This document shows positions 15,187 through 24,682 of a DNA stretch of 36,930 bases, in pieces. Every line of letters starts with the position of its first letter. Position 1 is the stretch's first letter. The notes under the pieces are model-generated. The model had not been told where the DNA came from. It did no database searches and was given only the letters and a program-made list of their open reading frames with translations. The translations under genes were made by a program, and so were the position numbers. The stretch spans positions 1 through 36,930 of the forward strand of contig JAYVCH010000077.1 in NCBI GenBank assembly GCA_043750055.1. Direction: 5' to 3'. The DNA comes from Fibrobacteria bacterium. GTDB taxonomy: Bacteria > Fibrobacterota > Fibrobacteria > UBA11236.

Positions 15187-17421
15187 ATGTCAAACCAGTT
15201 GGATGAAGACATTGAAACTAAGTGCCGCCAACTGGAGGCCCAGAATCAGCGTTTGACCAAGCAATTGTCCACATTGATGGATGTATTTGCCAAACTTGAT
15301 ATCGCCGATCTAGAGCATTCGCTCTATTTTTCTAATCAGAAACGCTTGATGGATTTTGTTCAACGCATCACGATGCGGCTTGACGATGACGATCTCCTGG
15401 ATGTCATTGTGGAAGAATTACTGATCGAGCTTAAGGCCGACCGAGTTTCTTGCATCCTCGTTGGAGATGGTCCCAAGTCCACATGGGCAGTTTCCAATGA
15501 AGCCGTCGACCGGGGGATTAAAAGATTACCCCTTCCATATTTCGTGGATACGGCTCCTCCTGCGCCCTTTGTTCAATTCCTTGAGAAATCCAAAAAACAT
15601 CCGGGACTGCCAACATCCTGCGAGTGGCCGGAAGCGGTTTCCATTGTTCCCGATGCGGACTTCAATGTTCTCGAAGAAGAATTAATGGCTGCGTTAGAAG
15701 ATGAATTTGATTTGGCTAGTCGAGTGGACTGCCGCGCTGCTATGGCTTTTCCGATTGATACCACCTTGTCTGGAACTTCGGTCTTTTGCGTGCAACGCAT
15801 TAATAGCGATCAGGGTTGGACCCGCCAACAAAAAGATCTTTTTCAAAACATGTGTCGTTATGCAAGTTCCTTGCTTGACCAAACCCAACTTTCGGAACAT
15901 ATTCGTGACCTCAAGGATCAATTAGGGTCCTTGATCGAATCCATGCCTTCCGCAATTATTGGAATGGATTTGTTGGGCACGGTGACAACCTGGAATGGCA
16001 AGGCCCAAGAATTTTTTGGGATACCGGAAGAAGAGGCCCTGGGAAATGTGTTCTGGGATGTGGTTCCCGAATACCGATTTATTTCCAATGCCCTCAAAAA
16101 TGTGCTTCAGGTTGAGGCGGGAACGGGGATGGATTTTGAATCCCAGCCCTTTCGTCGCAAAGATGGAACCGTTGTTTATCATCGCGCTAATCTGTTTACC
16201 ATGTTCAGGCGCAATCGCGGGGAAGTGGCGCTTCGTATCGATGATGTGACACGAACAGTGGAATTGAACAATCAACTCTTCCACTCCCAAAGGATGGAAA
16301 CCGTTGGCACGCTTGCGGGCGGGCTGGCTCATGAATTCAATAATGTTTTGGGGGGCATGGTTGGTACATCGTCGCTCATGAAGCAGCGCCTCCAAAAATC
16401 GGATCCTGATTCGGCAGATTTACTTGAAGATTTGGAAGTCATCGAGTCTTGCGCTTCTCGCGCAACAGCTATGGTCAAACGCCTTTTGGCCCTTTCCCGC
16501 CGTGCCGATATCGTTATGGAACCGTTGGAATTGAATTCCATGGTCCAAAATTTAGTGAGCCTTTGCGGACATTCCTTTGAGAGCCGTATTCAAGTACTTG
16601 CCAAGACTCCAAAGGAAGAAATTTGGATTCGTGCGGATCGATCCCAATTGGAACAAGCGGTTCTTAATATTTGTGTCAATGCTCGCGATGCAATGAAATT
16701 AGGTGGAAAGTTGACTTTGACGGTGGTCCATTATACCGTGGATGAAGCCTTCAAACACAGGCATTCCAATTGCATGGATAAAGAACTGATTAAACTGACA
16801 ATTCAAGATACTGGGGAGGGAATACCCCTAGCGGCACTGGATCAAATTTTCGAGCCCTTCTTCACAACCAAGCGCGAGAATGGGTCGGGCTTAGGATTGA
16901 CAATCGTGGATTCGATCATGAAACAACATCAAGGTTTCGTTGAGGTAGAGAGCGATTCAAAGACCGGCACCAATTTTAGGCTTTATTTTCAACCTGCAGC
17001 AAAGGCAGAAGGCATTGAACCCGTCTCGCCTTCAGAAGCCCCTCGTGGCAAAGGGGAAGTCTTGTTTGTGGATGATGATGAAGTCATGCGTCGAACCGCA
17101 GCACGGATTATGGGAGAATTGGGATATACTCCTGCGACGGCCGCGGATGGGGCCTCGGCTATCCGAATTCTAGAAAATGGGTTGAATTTTAATTTGGTGA
17201 TACTGGACGTCGATATGCCTGTCATGAATGGCTTGGATACGGCGGAGGTGCTCTGGCGTATCCGTCCCAATTTAAAAATACTTTTTTGTACGGGCAGACA
17301 ACACCAGTATGAAATGGGCGAGATTCTTAAAAAGCCAAATGCTTCCTTACTTTTAAAACCCTTTGACATGGCGGCTCTCGCAAGCAAGGTGCGCGAGGCT
17401 TTGGCTGAAAAAGCCGCTTAA
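15187..17421 (+). CDS. Hybrid sensor histidine kinase (N-terminal sensory region, PAS, HisKA, HATPase_c, C-terminal receiver)
   Basis: H-box LAHEFNNVLGG, N-box NICVNARDAM, G-boxes QDTGEGI and GSGLGLTIV, and receiver VLFVDDDE...ILDVDMPVMNG...LLKP. ATG at 15187 is preceded by GGGGA. The ORF track starts at TTG 15133. Confidence 0.85.
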   Translation: MSNQLDEDIETKCRQLEAQNQRLTKQLSTLMDVFAKLDIADLEHSLYFSNQKRLMDFVQRITMRLDDDDLLDVIVEELLIELKADRVSCILVGDGPKSTWAVSNEAVDRGIKRLPLPYFVDTAPPAPFVQFLEKSKKHPGLPTSCEWPEAVSIVPDADFNVLEEELMAALEDEFDLASRVDCRAAMAFPIDTTLSGTSVFCVQRINSDQGWTRQQKDLFQNMCRYASSLLDQTQLSEHIRDLKDQLGSLIESMPSAIIGMDLLGTVTTWNGKAQEFFGIPEEEALGNVFWDVVPEYRFISNALKNVLQVEAGTGMDFESQPFRRKDGTVVYHRANLFTMFRRNRGEVALRIDDVTRTVELNNQLFHSQRMETVGTLAGGLAHEFNNVLGGMVGTSSLMKQRLQKSDPDSADLLEDLEVIESCASRATAMVKRLLALSRRADIVMEPLELNSMVQNLVSLCGHSFESRIQVLAKTPKEEIWIRADRSQLEQAVLNICVNARDAMKLGGKLTLTVVHYTVDEAFKHRHSNCMDKELIKLTIQDTGEGIPLAALDQIFEPFFTTKRENGSGLGLTIVDSIMKQHQGFVEVESDSKTGTNFRLYFQPAAKAEGIEPVSPSEAPRGKGEVLFVDDDEVMRRTAARIMGELGYTPATAADGASAIRILENGLNFNLVILDVDMPVMNGLDTAEVLWRIRPNLKILFCTGRQHQYEMGEILKKPNASLLLKPFDMAALASKVREALAEKAA

Positions 17422-17503
17422 CCAGACCGGCGCTTTTTAGTAGTTTTCGTAACTGAACCTGTCTTTTCTCCAAGTGGTGAGAAGCATCTCGGGGATAATT
17501 TAC

Positions 17504-17836
17504 ATGGGTTTATCAGAAGAAGAAAAAGACCTGGTCGCCCAGTCTTTACAAATGTATGTGCAGCAAGCTGCCCAGCAAATGCCTCCCGCGTCGGTGCAGC
17601 AATTATTGTTGATCGCCAAGGGAATTATCCAAAAACTGGATACTCTCGAAGTGGGTGGTGGGAAGAAAAAGTCCAATGAACCTCCTGTGGGAATATCCGA
17701 GGAATGGTTTGAAAAAGTCTGTCAAACCTGTACGTTTCTTTCCGCGACCGGCTGCACAGATAAAATTACGGCAAAGTTCCCCGGAAAATGCGACCCAATA
17801 TTGAAATACGAGCGCGCTAAAGCGGGGGTAAAGTGA
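17504..17836 (+). CDS. Small hypothetical protein with a C-terminal four-Cys cluster
   Basis: 110 aa from ATG 17504, with GGGGA 8 nt upstream. The motif is CQTC-x8-C-x11-C. I recognise no family. Confidence 0.45.
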   Translation: MGLSEEEKDLVAQSLQMYVQQAAQQMPPASVQQLLLIAKGIIQKLDTLEVGGGKKKSNEPPVGISEEWFEKVCQTCTFLSATGCTDKITAKFPGKCDPILKYERAKAGVK

Positions 17837-17867
17837 CCATCATGTTTCCTTCAGAATTAATGTAATC

Positions 17868-20171
17868 GTGCCGAAGCCAAAAAAAACCGGGTTCATTCCC
17901 AAAGGGCTTCCCGACCGTGGCAAAGTCCTATCTCGCCTTCAAGCCCAAGGCCAGCATCCCTTAAGTATTTCCGAATTAGAAACAGAGTTTCAAGTTCCCC
18001 GAGAAAAGGGACAAGAGTTCAAAAAAGTACTCAAGGATATGGTGGACTCTGGTCAAGTTCGCAAGGTTAAAGGCAACAAATTCGTCGCGGAGTCACAAGA
18101 TGGGCCTGTGGCTCAAAAACGTGAACGCATGCTTAAAGAAGCCAAGGAGGCGGAAGCGGCGAAGGCAAAGTCCCCGATCGATCCTCTCGATATTTTTGCC
18201 ACATCTCCTAGGACTTCAGACCCATCAAGCCCCTTTCCTCGAAGTGCCGGCAAAGCCTCCGGCCAAATAGATTCGACTCGCCCCACAAAAGGTGATCGCT
18301 TTCAGGGACGAGAGCGCGGGTTCGAAAAGGGGAATCATGGACGCGATCGAGGCATGGACCGAAATCGAGGGAAAGGAATCAAACACGATCGATATCGCGA
18401 TCGCGATCGAAACAGTAGCAATGACGACAAATTGGTGAAGGGCAAAGTGATTAAACAAAATGGTTTCCATTTTGTGCAAGCGCTTCCAAATCCAGGCGCT
18501 AAAAAGCCTTGGCGCTCCTCCGAAGGTGGGGGAGAAACCCTAATTCTGGTTCCTCGCAAAGCCCTTGGCGGCGCGCGTCCTGGCGATATCGTATCGGTGC
18601 GTGTTGTTGAGGAAGATGGGGATGAAAGGATTGGTAAAATTGTCGCTACCCTCAGTGCGGAAGTGGCTTTTGAAGATGTCTCCAAAGCTTTTTTTAAAGA
18701 ATATGGAATTCCTTTTACTTACCCCAAAGGGCCTTCGGCTGAGGCAGGAGAATTTCCCGAACCGGTATTTGAGGCGTACTCCGATCGACGGGATTTCCGC
18801 GATACACATATTATCACCATAGATCCTTCTACAGCTAAAGACCATGACGATGCCATTTCCTTAGAACGGAAGGCCAATGGGAATTGGATCTTGGGCGTGC
18901 ATATTGCAGATGTAGCCGAATATGTGACCGAGGACAGCGAGCTGGATGAGGAAGCGGTGAAGCGTGCCTTCACTCAATATTTACCCTGGACCGCGGCACC
19001 GATGCTGCCCCAACGCCTTTCTTCTGACCTTTGCAGTTTGCTTGAAGGTCGGGAACGTTTGGCCTTCAGTTGCATGATGGAAGTGGATCCTCAGGGAGAA
19101 CTAAAATCATTCGATTTCGTCGAGAGCTTTATTCGTGTAGCCCATTTTTATTCTTACGAAGAGGCTCAAAAGGCCAAGGAAGACGGGGATCCTTTTCTCA
19201 TTCTGATGGATGAATTCATGGGTCAATTGATGGCGCGACGGCGTCGAGATGGCTTTATTGATTTCCAATTTCCAGAACCCAAGGTGGAAATGGAAAATGG
19301 AATGCCAAAACGGATTTATCCCAGCAAGCGACTTCCTTCGCATTCGTGGATTGAAGAATGCATGTTGTTGGCCAACCGTGCCACCGCGCGTTTCTTGATG
19401 AAGAATAAACTTCCAGGCCTTTTCAGAGTACATGAACAGCCCGATATTGAAGCCGTATCCGAGCTTTGGGCGTCTCAGGGCCAAGTACAACGTGATAAGG
19501 GCATGATCGATGCGTTCAAGGATTTGAGCGAGACGGGTGGATTCTTGAATCCTGCCATTCAACAATTTTTCATTCGGTTACTGAGTCAAGAAGGCGGGGC
19601 GCTGCCTGCGGCGGTTCAACGCAAAATTTTGCAGAGCATGAAAAAAGCGCAGTATTCCTCCGAAGCCAATGGGCACTTTGCCTTAGGTTGGATGGACTAT
19701 GCACATTTCACATCACCCATTCGACGCTACGCTGATTTGTGGACCCATCGGGTTATCAAAGCATTTGTTCGGGGTGAGAAACAACCTAAGAGCATGAAAG
19801 CCTTGGCTGAAGATGTGGCCCAACGCATTTCCGAACGCGAAGTCGCGGTGATGAAAGTGGAACGGAAGGGCCTCAAGACCGCCACGTCATGGGTATTGCG
19901 AAATTATATCGGAGAAGAGTTTGTGGGCGAGATCAGTGGGCTCGAAAATTTTGGCATCTTTGTTTCCATCTCCGATCCCTTCGGTGAAGGACTTATTCCC
20001 ATTCGGCGCATGAAGGACGATTACTTTGAAAAGGATGAGAATACAGGACAGTTAGTCGGTAAACGAACTCGATTGACCTTTTCCCTCGGCGATAAAATAC
20101 GAGTGCGACTCGAGCGTTCCGATCCCTTCAGCGCGCAAGTTGATTTTGATTATTTGGGCCCGCCCGAATGA
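17868..20171 (+). CDS. rnr: Ribonuclease R (RNB family 3'-5' exoribonuclease)
   Basis: 767 aa. It has an N-terminal winged-helix region, the RNB motif IDPSTAKDHDDAISL, and a C-terminal S1 domain (GEISGLENFGIFVSI). It starts at GTG. Confidence 0.9.
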   Translation: MPKPKKTGFIPKGLPDRGKVLSRLQAQGQHPLSISELETEFQVPREKGQEFKKVLKDMVDSGQVRKVKGNKFVAESQDGPVAQKRERMLKEAKEAEAAKAKSPIDPLDIFATSPRTSDPSSPFPRSAGKASGQIDSTRPTKGDRFQGRERGFEKGNHGRDRGMDRNRGKGIKHDRYRDRDRNSSNDDKLVKGKVIKQNGFHFVQALPNPGAKKPWRSSEGGGETLILVPRKALGGARPGDIVSVRVVEEDGDERIGKIVATLSAEVAFEDVSKAFFKEYGIPFTYPKGPSAEAGEFPEPVFEAYSDRRDFRDTHIITIDPSTAKDHDDAISLERKANGNWILGVHIADVAEYVTEDSELDEEAVKRAFTQYLPWTAAPMLPQRLSSDLCSLLEGRERLAFSCMMEVDPQGELKSFDFVESFIRVAHFYSYEEAQKAKEDGDPFLILMDEFMGQLMARRRRDGFIDFQFPEPKVEMENGMPKRIYPSKRLPSHSWIEECMLLANRATARFLMKNKLPGLFRVHEQPDIEAVSELWASQGQVQRDKGMIDAFKDLSETGGFLNPAIQQFFIRLLSQEGGALPAAVQRKILQSMKKAQYSSEANGHFALGWMDYAHFTSPIRRYADLWTHRVIKAFVRGEKQPKSMKALAEDVAQRISEREVAVMKVERKGLKTATSWVLRNYIGEEFVGEISGLENFGIFVSISDPFGEGLIPIRRMKDDYFEKDENTGQLVGKRTRLTFSLGDKIRVRLERSDPFSAQVDFDYLGPPE

Positions 20172-20881
20172 GTCTTAGCAATGCCTTGAGTTATCTCACG
20201 GTGCTGCCCATTCCCTTCAAAAAGCACCTGCCACTAAATCGGTCGGTTCACTATTTCCCCTTAGTGGGAGCGGGAATGGGCAGCATCTTGGTTTTGGCCT
20301 TGCTTCTCTTTGAGCAAGTTCTACCACAGGTCCTGGCTTGTTTGGCCACCGTAGCCGTTCTAGAATCCATGACGGGCGGCATTCACTTGCGTGCGGTGAT
20401 GGAGCTGGTGGATGGACGTAGGACCTTTCCTGGCTCTGGCTTCAGCATAAAAACAGAATATCGTTGGCAGGGGATTTTGGCCGTTGTCCTATTACTGCTG
20501 CTCAAAGTGTTGTGCTTATCCCAAATCCGTTCTGACTGGCAACCCTTTTCAGTCTTACTTGCCCCTATCTTGGGACGAGGATCACAAGCTTTGGGAATCA
20601 TTTTCAGTAAGCAACGATTGGATCTTTCTCACGGAAAAGTGGAACCGGAAGTCAAAAGCAGGCAAAAGCGGGCTTTGATTTTTATGGCGGTTCTCCTGAC
20701 CGTGATGGGGCTTTTCCCTTATAAAACTTCGGCTATTCTTATAGCGCAATACTTTATTCTCATGGGGTTGGCATTTCGATTTTTGAATGCCCGGATGGAA
20801 GGGCTAACCGTGCAAACGCTTGGCTCGGTTGCGGAAATGACAGAACTTAGTTTTCTTTTGTTTGTGGCAATTTTGTCATAA
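20168..20881 (+). CDS. CobS-family (adenosylcobinamide-GDP ribazoletransferase-like) membrane protein with a degenerate conserved motif
   Basis: 237 aa and multi-TM. It has a CobS-like N-terminus (LSYLTVLPIP, YFPLVGAGMG) and C-terminus (LGSVAEMTELSFLL). The conserved TGGxHLDGLAD..DG block reads TGGIHLRAVMELVDG. The ATG overlaps the rnr stop (ATGA). Confidence 0.55.
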   Translation: MSLSNALSYLTVLPIPFKKHLPLNRSVHYFPLVGAGMGSILVLALLLFEQVLPQVLACLATVAVLESMTGGIHLRAVMELVDGRRTFPGSGFSIKTEYRWQGILAVVLLLLLKVLCLSQIRSDWQPFSVLLAPILGRGSQALGIIFSKQRLDLSHGKVEPEVKSRQKRALIFMAVLLTVMGLFPYKTSAILIAQYFILMGLAFRFLNARMEGLTVQTLGSVAEMTELSFLLFVAILS

Positions 20882-20895
20882 CCATCCACATTCGG

Positions 20896-20931
20896 CCTAT
20901 GTCCTTGAAAAAAAATTCGCAAGGACATAGG
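20896..20931. terminator. Perfect 12-bp hairpin between convergent genes (possible bidirectional terminator or stabiliser)
   Basis: CCTATGTCCTTG (20896-20907), a 12-nt A-rich loop, then CAAGGACATAGG (20920-20931). There is no flanking T-tract; the U run sits in the loop. Confidence 0.45.
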
Positions 20932-20950
20932 ACAGGCTCCATCAGAATCC

Positions 20951-21247
20951 CTACTCTGAATCGTAAATTTTGACCTGGCCCCATAGCATCGAACAGCTTT
21001 CTCGGAAATCATTATGAACAGGATGGATTTGATATGCATCATGTCCTGCCAAGTCTTTAAAGGTTACGACCAAGGCGTAGCTGTAGGACGAATCGATGAC
21101 GGGACGAGAGGTTTGGGCGGGCTTACCAAGCCAACCATGAATTATGCAGGGAATTTTAAGCATTGCATTTGCCTTTTCCTCGAAGCGCTGAATATCCTCC
21201 GGTTTTACATCGGGTTTTAACCAAAAATAAACAGTATGGACAAACAT
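20951..21247 (-). CDS. Dabb (stress-responsive A/B barrel) family protein
   Basis: 98 aa. It has the typical start MFVHTVYFWLKPD and HPxH-type HPVHNDF. AAGGA lies 6 nt upstream. It starts 11 nt downstream of the GT4 gene. Confidence 0.65.
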   Translation of the reverse strand: MFVHTVYFWLKPDVKPEDIQRFEEKANAMLKIPCIIHGWLGKPAQTSRPVIDSSYSYALVVTFKDLAGHDAYQIHPVHNDFRESCSMLWGQVKIYDSE

Positions 21248-21258
21248 TTGATTTCCTT

Positions 21259-22665
21259 TCAGTGAGAGTCTAGGAATTGTTGGGAATAAAAATTCCAGAA
21301 AGCTTGGGAGGCATTATCGTATGAGAATTCCAGCGCACGTTCGCGGGCCTTTAACTTAAATCGTGCGTGCATCTGGGCATCTTGGGCCAAGGTCAAAATT
21401 TTTGCTTGGAAATCCCCGCTGATGGATGGATCAAAAACCAAACCACATACGCCATCGAGTATAATTTCCCGCGGTCCTCCGAGGTTAGAGGTGATACAGG
21501 GCGTGCCTGAAGCTAAAGCTTCGACGACACTGTTGCCAAAGGTATCGGTAAGACTTGGAAATACAAAGAGATCGGCGGAGGCAAATAAGCTGGACAATTC
21601 TTCACCCAGAATAACTCCAGTGAAATGAACACCTGGAATGCCGTGCAATTTTTTTTCTAAAGGTTCACGATAGGGGCCATCCCCCACAAAGGTGATACTG
21701 ATTTGGGGATGGGTAGAAACCAAGTCTGGAAAGATTTCCAAAATCCGATCCAAATTTTTTTCACGAGATATGCGTCCAACATAAAGAAGTTTGAATCCGG
21801 AAGAGGGAAGTCCCAATTTTTGCCAAGTCCCCAATGCGGCTTTGTTCGGAGTGAAATCTTTTAGGTCAACGCCGCGAGGCAATTTGAAAATTCGATCGGC
21901 GGGAATTCCCATTTCCGCTACTTTTTGACTGTAGGCTATGGAGGGAGTGATCACCGGCCCTGCCCATAACGTGACTAATTTGGTGACCGTGTTGATACTC
22001 CAAACCCCGAGACGGTTTTTAATCAAGAGCTTGGAGTAGGTGAGAATATCAGTACGGTAGTGGCTCACCGTTTTTATTCCCGCAAATTTTGCTGCGATAA
22101 GGCAGAGCAGCGCGACTGGTCCTGGAGTTTGTAATTCGATCAAGTCGATGGACTTTTCACGCAGAAATCGAATCACACTTTTAAATTGGATCAGGGTGAC
22201 TTCACTCGCCGGATATCCAGCTTGTTGCATAGAATATCGACCTGGAGCAAGAATCACACTTTGGTCTGGGCCTTCGATACGAGGTGGTTTGGAATGGAAC
22301 GCAACGCCAAAGAGGTAAATTTTTCGATTTTGCTCGCGTAATTTGGCAAGCATGATCCGGGAAGTGATAGCTATCCCATTGACTTCATCCAGGTTGTCGC
22401 CCACACAGGCCACAATGGGTTCTGTGCTTTTGGTTCGCTTCCCCTTGCGATACGCTTTACGCAATGTAAATAGTCCGGGAATGTTAACCAATACCTCCAT
22501 AACGAAGAGTAGGACGAAACGGGAAATTCCCGTCATTCCCATTTTATCGTGACGGCGATACATTTGGGTTATAGGCCCATTAACATCTATTTGGACCGTG
22601 GTTTTGGATGGCGTCGTTCCGAGGGGGTCCATTGTTAAAACATAAAAATAATCAGCCCCACTCAA
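21259..22665 (-). CDS. GT4-family glycosyltransferase with an ~90-aa N-terminal extension containing one hydrophobic segment
   Basis: 468 aa. It has the GT-B C-terminal domain LYVGRISREKN, GDGPYRE and FVFPSLTDTFGNSVVEALASGTP. The N-terminal segment is FVLLFVMEVLVNIPGLF. Confidence 0.8.
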   Translation of the reverse strand: MSGADYFYVLTMDPLGTTPSKTTVQIDVNGPITQMYRRHDKMGMTGISRFVLLFVMEVLVNIPGLFTLRKAYRKGKRTKSTEPIVACVGDNLDEVNGIAITSRIMLAKLREQNRKIYLFGVAFHSKPPRIEGPDQSVILAPGRYSMQQAGYPASEVTLIQFKSVIRFLREKSIDLIELQTPGPVALLCLIAAKFAGIKTVSHYRTDILTYSKLLIKNRLGVWSINTVTKLVTLWAGPVITPSIAYSQKVAEMGIPADRIFKLPRGVDLKDFTPNKAALGTWQKLGLPSSGFKLLYVGRISREKNLDRILEIFPDLVSTHPQISITFVGDGPYREPLEKKLHGIPGVHFTGVILGEELSSLFASADLFVFPSLTDTFGNSVVEALASGTPCITSNLGGPREIILDGVCGLVFDPSISGDFQAKILTLAQDAQMHARFKLKARERALEFSYDNASQAFWNFYSQQFLDSH

Positions 22666-22734
22666 ATCCTGAGAAGAACTGACCTACTTAACTCTGGGCG
22701 TGAATGCTAAATTGGGCTAGGAGGCGATCGGCCC

Positions 22735-23886
22735 GTGATTTACATGGATATCAATACCTTCTTTTCCCCTAAAGCCGGCGGAATAAGAACTTACCATCTC
22801 GCGAAAATCGCCTGGTTCCAAAAATGTCCTCAACATCAATATTTTCTTGTTTCACCTGGAAATACTTATAAGACTACCGAGGTGGGTCCTTCCGTGACCT
22901 TGGTGGAAGCATTTGGTCCGGCGGTGACTCATGATCTTGCGGGCTACCGGATCCTCCTTGATTATTTTCGCATTTTGACTTTGATAGTAAGGACGAAACC
23001 GGATGTTTTGGAAGCCGGGGATCCTTGGTTGACGGGATTGTTTTGTCTGGCACTCAAGAAGTCGGGCTTCTATAAAGGGTTGTTGGTTTCGTTTTATCAT
23101 AGCGATCCCATTCCCAGTTATTTAATGCCTTGGGCTCAAAGTGGACGCTTTCGTGGTTTAAAAAAAATTGTTGTTGCAAGTGTAGCTCGGCTTTTTTATC
23201 GACTTCAACAGGGTTATGACTTGACGGCAACGGCTTCTAAAACCATGGAAATGAGTTTGAGAAAGAATGGGATTCAATCCATAGCCTATTTGCCTTTTGG
23301 TGTACCGGAAAAATTTTTGACGCAGATGCCCCTTCGAGCAAGTGGCCGATCACGATTACTTTATGCAGGAAGGCTTGATCGAGAAAAAGGGATTGAATTA
23401 GTATTGGCGGCTATAACGAAGTTGCTTGCTATCGACCACATCGAGATTACAGTGATGGGACGGGGCAGTTATTCGGAACAATTTTTAGAAATAAAGCATC
23501 CACGATATCATTTTTTGGGCTTCCTTGAAAAGCCGGAAGAGGTGTTGGCTGTTTATGATCATCATGATATTCTTTTGGCTCCGGGCCCATTTGAAACCTT
23601 TGGGTTGGGCGTTTTGGAAGCTATGGCCAGGGGCATGATCGTAGTCGGTCCCGACCAAGGGGGCACGGCAGAATTGCTGCAAGAGGTGAGTTCTCCTTTT
23701 ATATTCAAAGCGGATGACTTGAATGATTTTTTGCGAAAAATTGATTTGGCTAGAGATTCCAATCCGTTAGAGGAAGCCAAGCGTTCCATGAATTTGGCGC
23801 TAAAGTATGGAAGTTGGGATCAGGCAGTGCAACGCATGGCCAGACGATATGGTTTTTCCATGCCGCTCGTGGAGGTCGCTCAATGA
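22735..23886 (+). CDS. GT4-family glycosyltransferase
   Basis: 383 aa. It has YAGRLDREKGIEL and ETFGLGVLEAMARGMIVVG. AGGAGG (22719-22724) lies 10 nt before GTG 22735. An alternative ATG is at 22744. Confidence 0.8.
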   Translation: MIYMDINTFFSPKAGGIRTYHLAKIAWFQKCPQHQYFLVSPGNTYKTTEVGPSVTLVEAFGPAVTHDLAGYRILLDYFRILTLIVRTKPDVLEAGDPWLTGLFCLALKKSGFYKGLLVSFYHSDPIPSYLMPWAQSGRFRGLKKIVVASVARLFYRLQQGYDLTATASKTMEMSLRKNGIQSIAYLPFGVPEKFLTQMPLRASGRSRLLYAGRLDREKGIELVLAAITKLLAIDHIEITVMGRGSYSEQFLEIKHPRYHFLGFLEKPEEVLAVYDHHDILLAPGPFETFGLGVLEAMARGMIVVGPDQGGTAELLQEVSSPFIFKADDLNDFLRKIDLARDSNPLEEAKRSMNLALKYGSWDQAVQRMARRYGFSMPLVEVAQ

Positions 23887-24656
23887 AAGAGGCGATTTCA
23901 CGTTTGCGTGTTATCGTCTCCATGCACGATGCTACGCCCTTTCATTTGCAGAGATTGATTCGGGCGGAACGTTTTTTTCAGGAAGTGGGTGTGACCAAGC
24001 TAACTTATCTATTGGTACCCAAGTATCATGGAAGTTACCTGAGTTCCGAGAATCAAGAATTCATCGACTGGTGCAAAAAGTCGCGTTCTATTCAACTGCA
24101 ATGGCATTTACATGGCTATCATCATTTGGAACAAGTCTCAGACCTAACCGAAACAGAAAATGGAAAATCGAAGTCAGATGGTTGGAAACGAAAATATCTG
24201 ACCGCCGGTGAAGGAGAGTTTCTGTCTCTTAATGCCGAGGTAATTCGGAAAAAAATTATCCAGGGTCAGGACGTCTTTCAAAAATGCCTTGGGTTTCAAC
24301 CCATAGGTTTTGTTGCACCTGCGTGGTTGTTCAACGATCGCTTGCCTACGATTCTAAAGGAACAAGGCATTCTCTTTACAGAAGATCATCGGCAGCTCTA
24401 CAGAGTCAATTCCGGGCAATCCTTGGCGAGCCCCGTCATTACTTGGGCAACGCGAACTTGGTTGCGGAAATATGGATCGTTGGTGGTGTGCCCAATTTTA
24501 GAAAGGTTATGGGCGGCTGAAGGGGTTTTAAGAGTGGCCGTGCATCCTTTTGATTTTGATCATGCTGTAACGGTTAGCAATATTCGGAAAGTGCTGAAAC
24601 GAGTTTTGAAAATTCGCGAGCAGAATTTTACCAGTGAGATCCATTTTCCAGTTTAG
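23883..24656 (+). CDS. DUF2334-type (NodB-like) predicted polysaccharide deacetylase
   Basis: 257 aa from ATG 23883, which overlaps the upstream stop (ATGA). Motifs are VSMHDATP, HLHGYHH and GEGEF, as in DUF2334 proteins. Confidence 0.65.
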   Translation: MKEAISRLRVIVSMHDATPFHLQRLIRAERFFQEVGVTKLTYLLVPKYHGSYLSSENQEFIDWCKKSRSIQLQWHLHGYHHLEQVSDLTETENGKSKSDGWKRKYLTAGEGEFLSLNAEVIRKKIIQGQDVFQKCLGFQPIGFVAPAWLFNDRLPTILKEQGILFTEDHRQLYRVNSGQSLASPVITWATRTWLRKYGSLVVCPILERLWAAEGVLRVAVHPFDFDHAVTVSNIRKVLKRVLKIREQNFTSEIHFPV

Positions 24657-24682
24657 GTTTGCTGCAGTCGCATCGCTTTGAT

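Noticed and set aside
17408-17440. Possible terminator after the histidine kinase (aaaagccg...cggcgcttttt)
   Set aside because: The stem has only 4 GC pairs plus a bulged A-U extension. It is too weak to call.
18383-18406. GCGATCGC (the cyanobacterial HIP1 palindrome) within CGATCGATATCGCGATCGCGATCG
   Set aside because: It is the only exact GCGATCGC I saw in 37 kb, so it is not a highly iterated element. The RD-repeat codons in rnr explain it.
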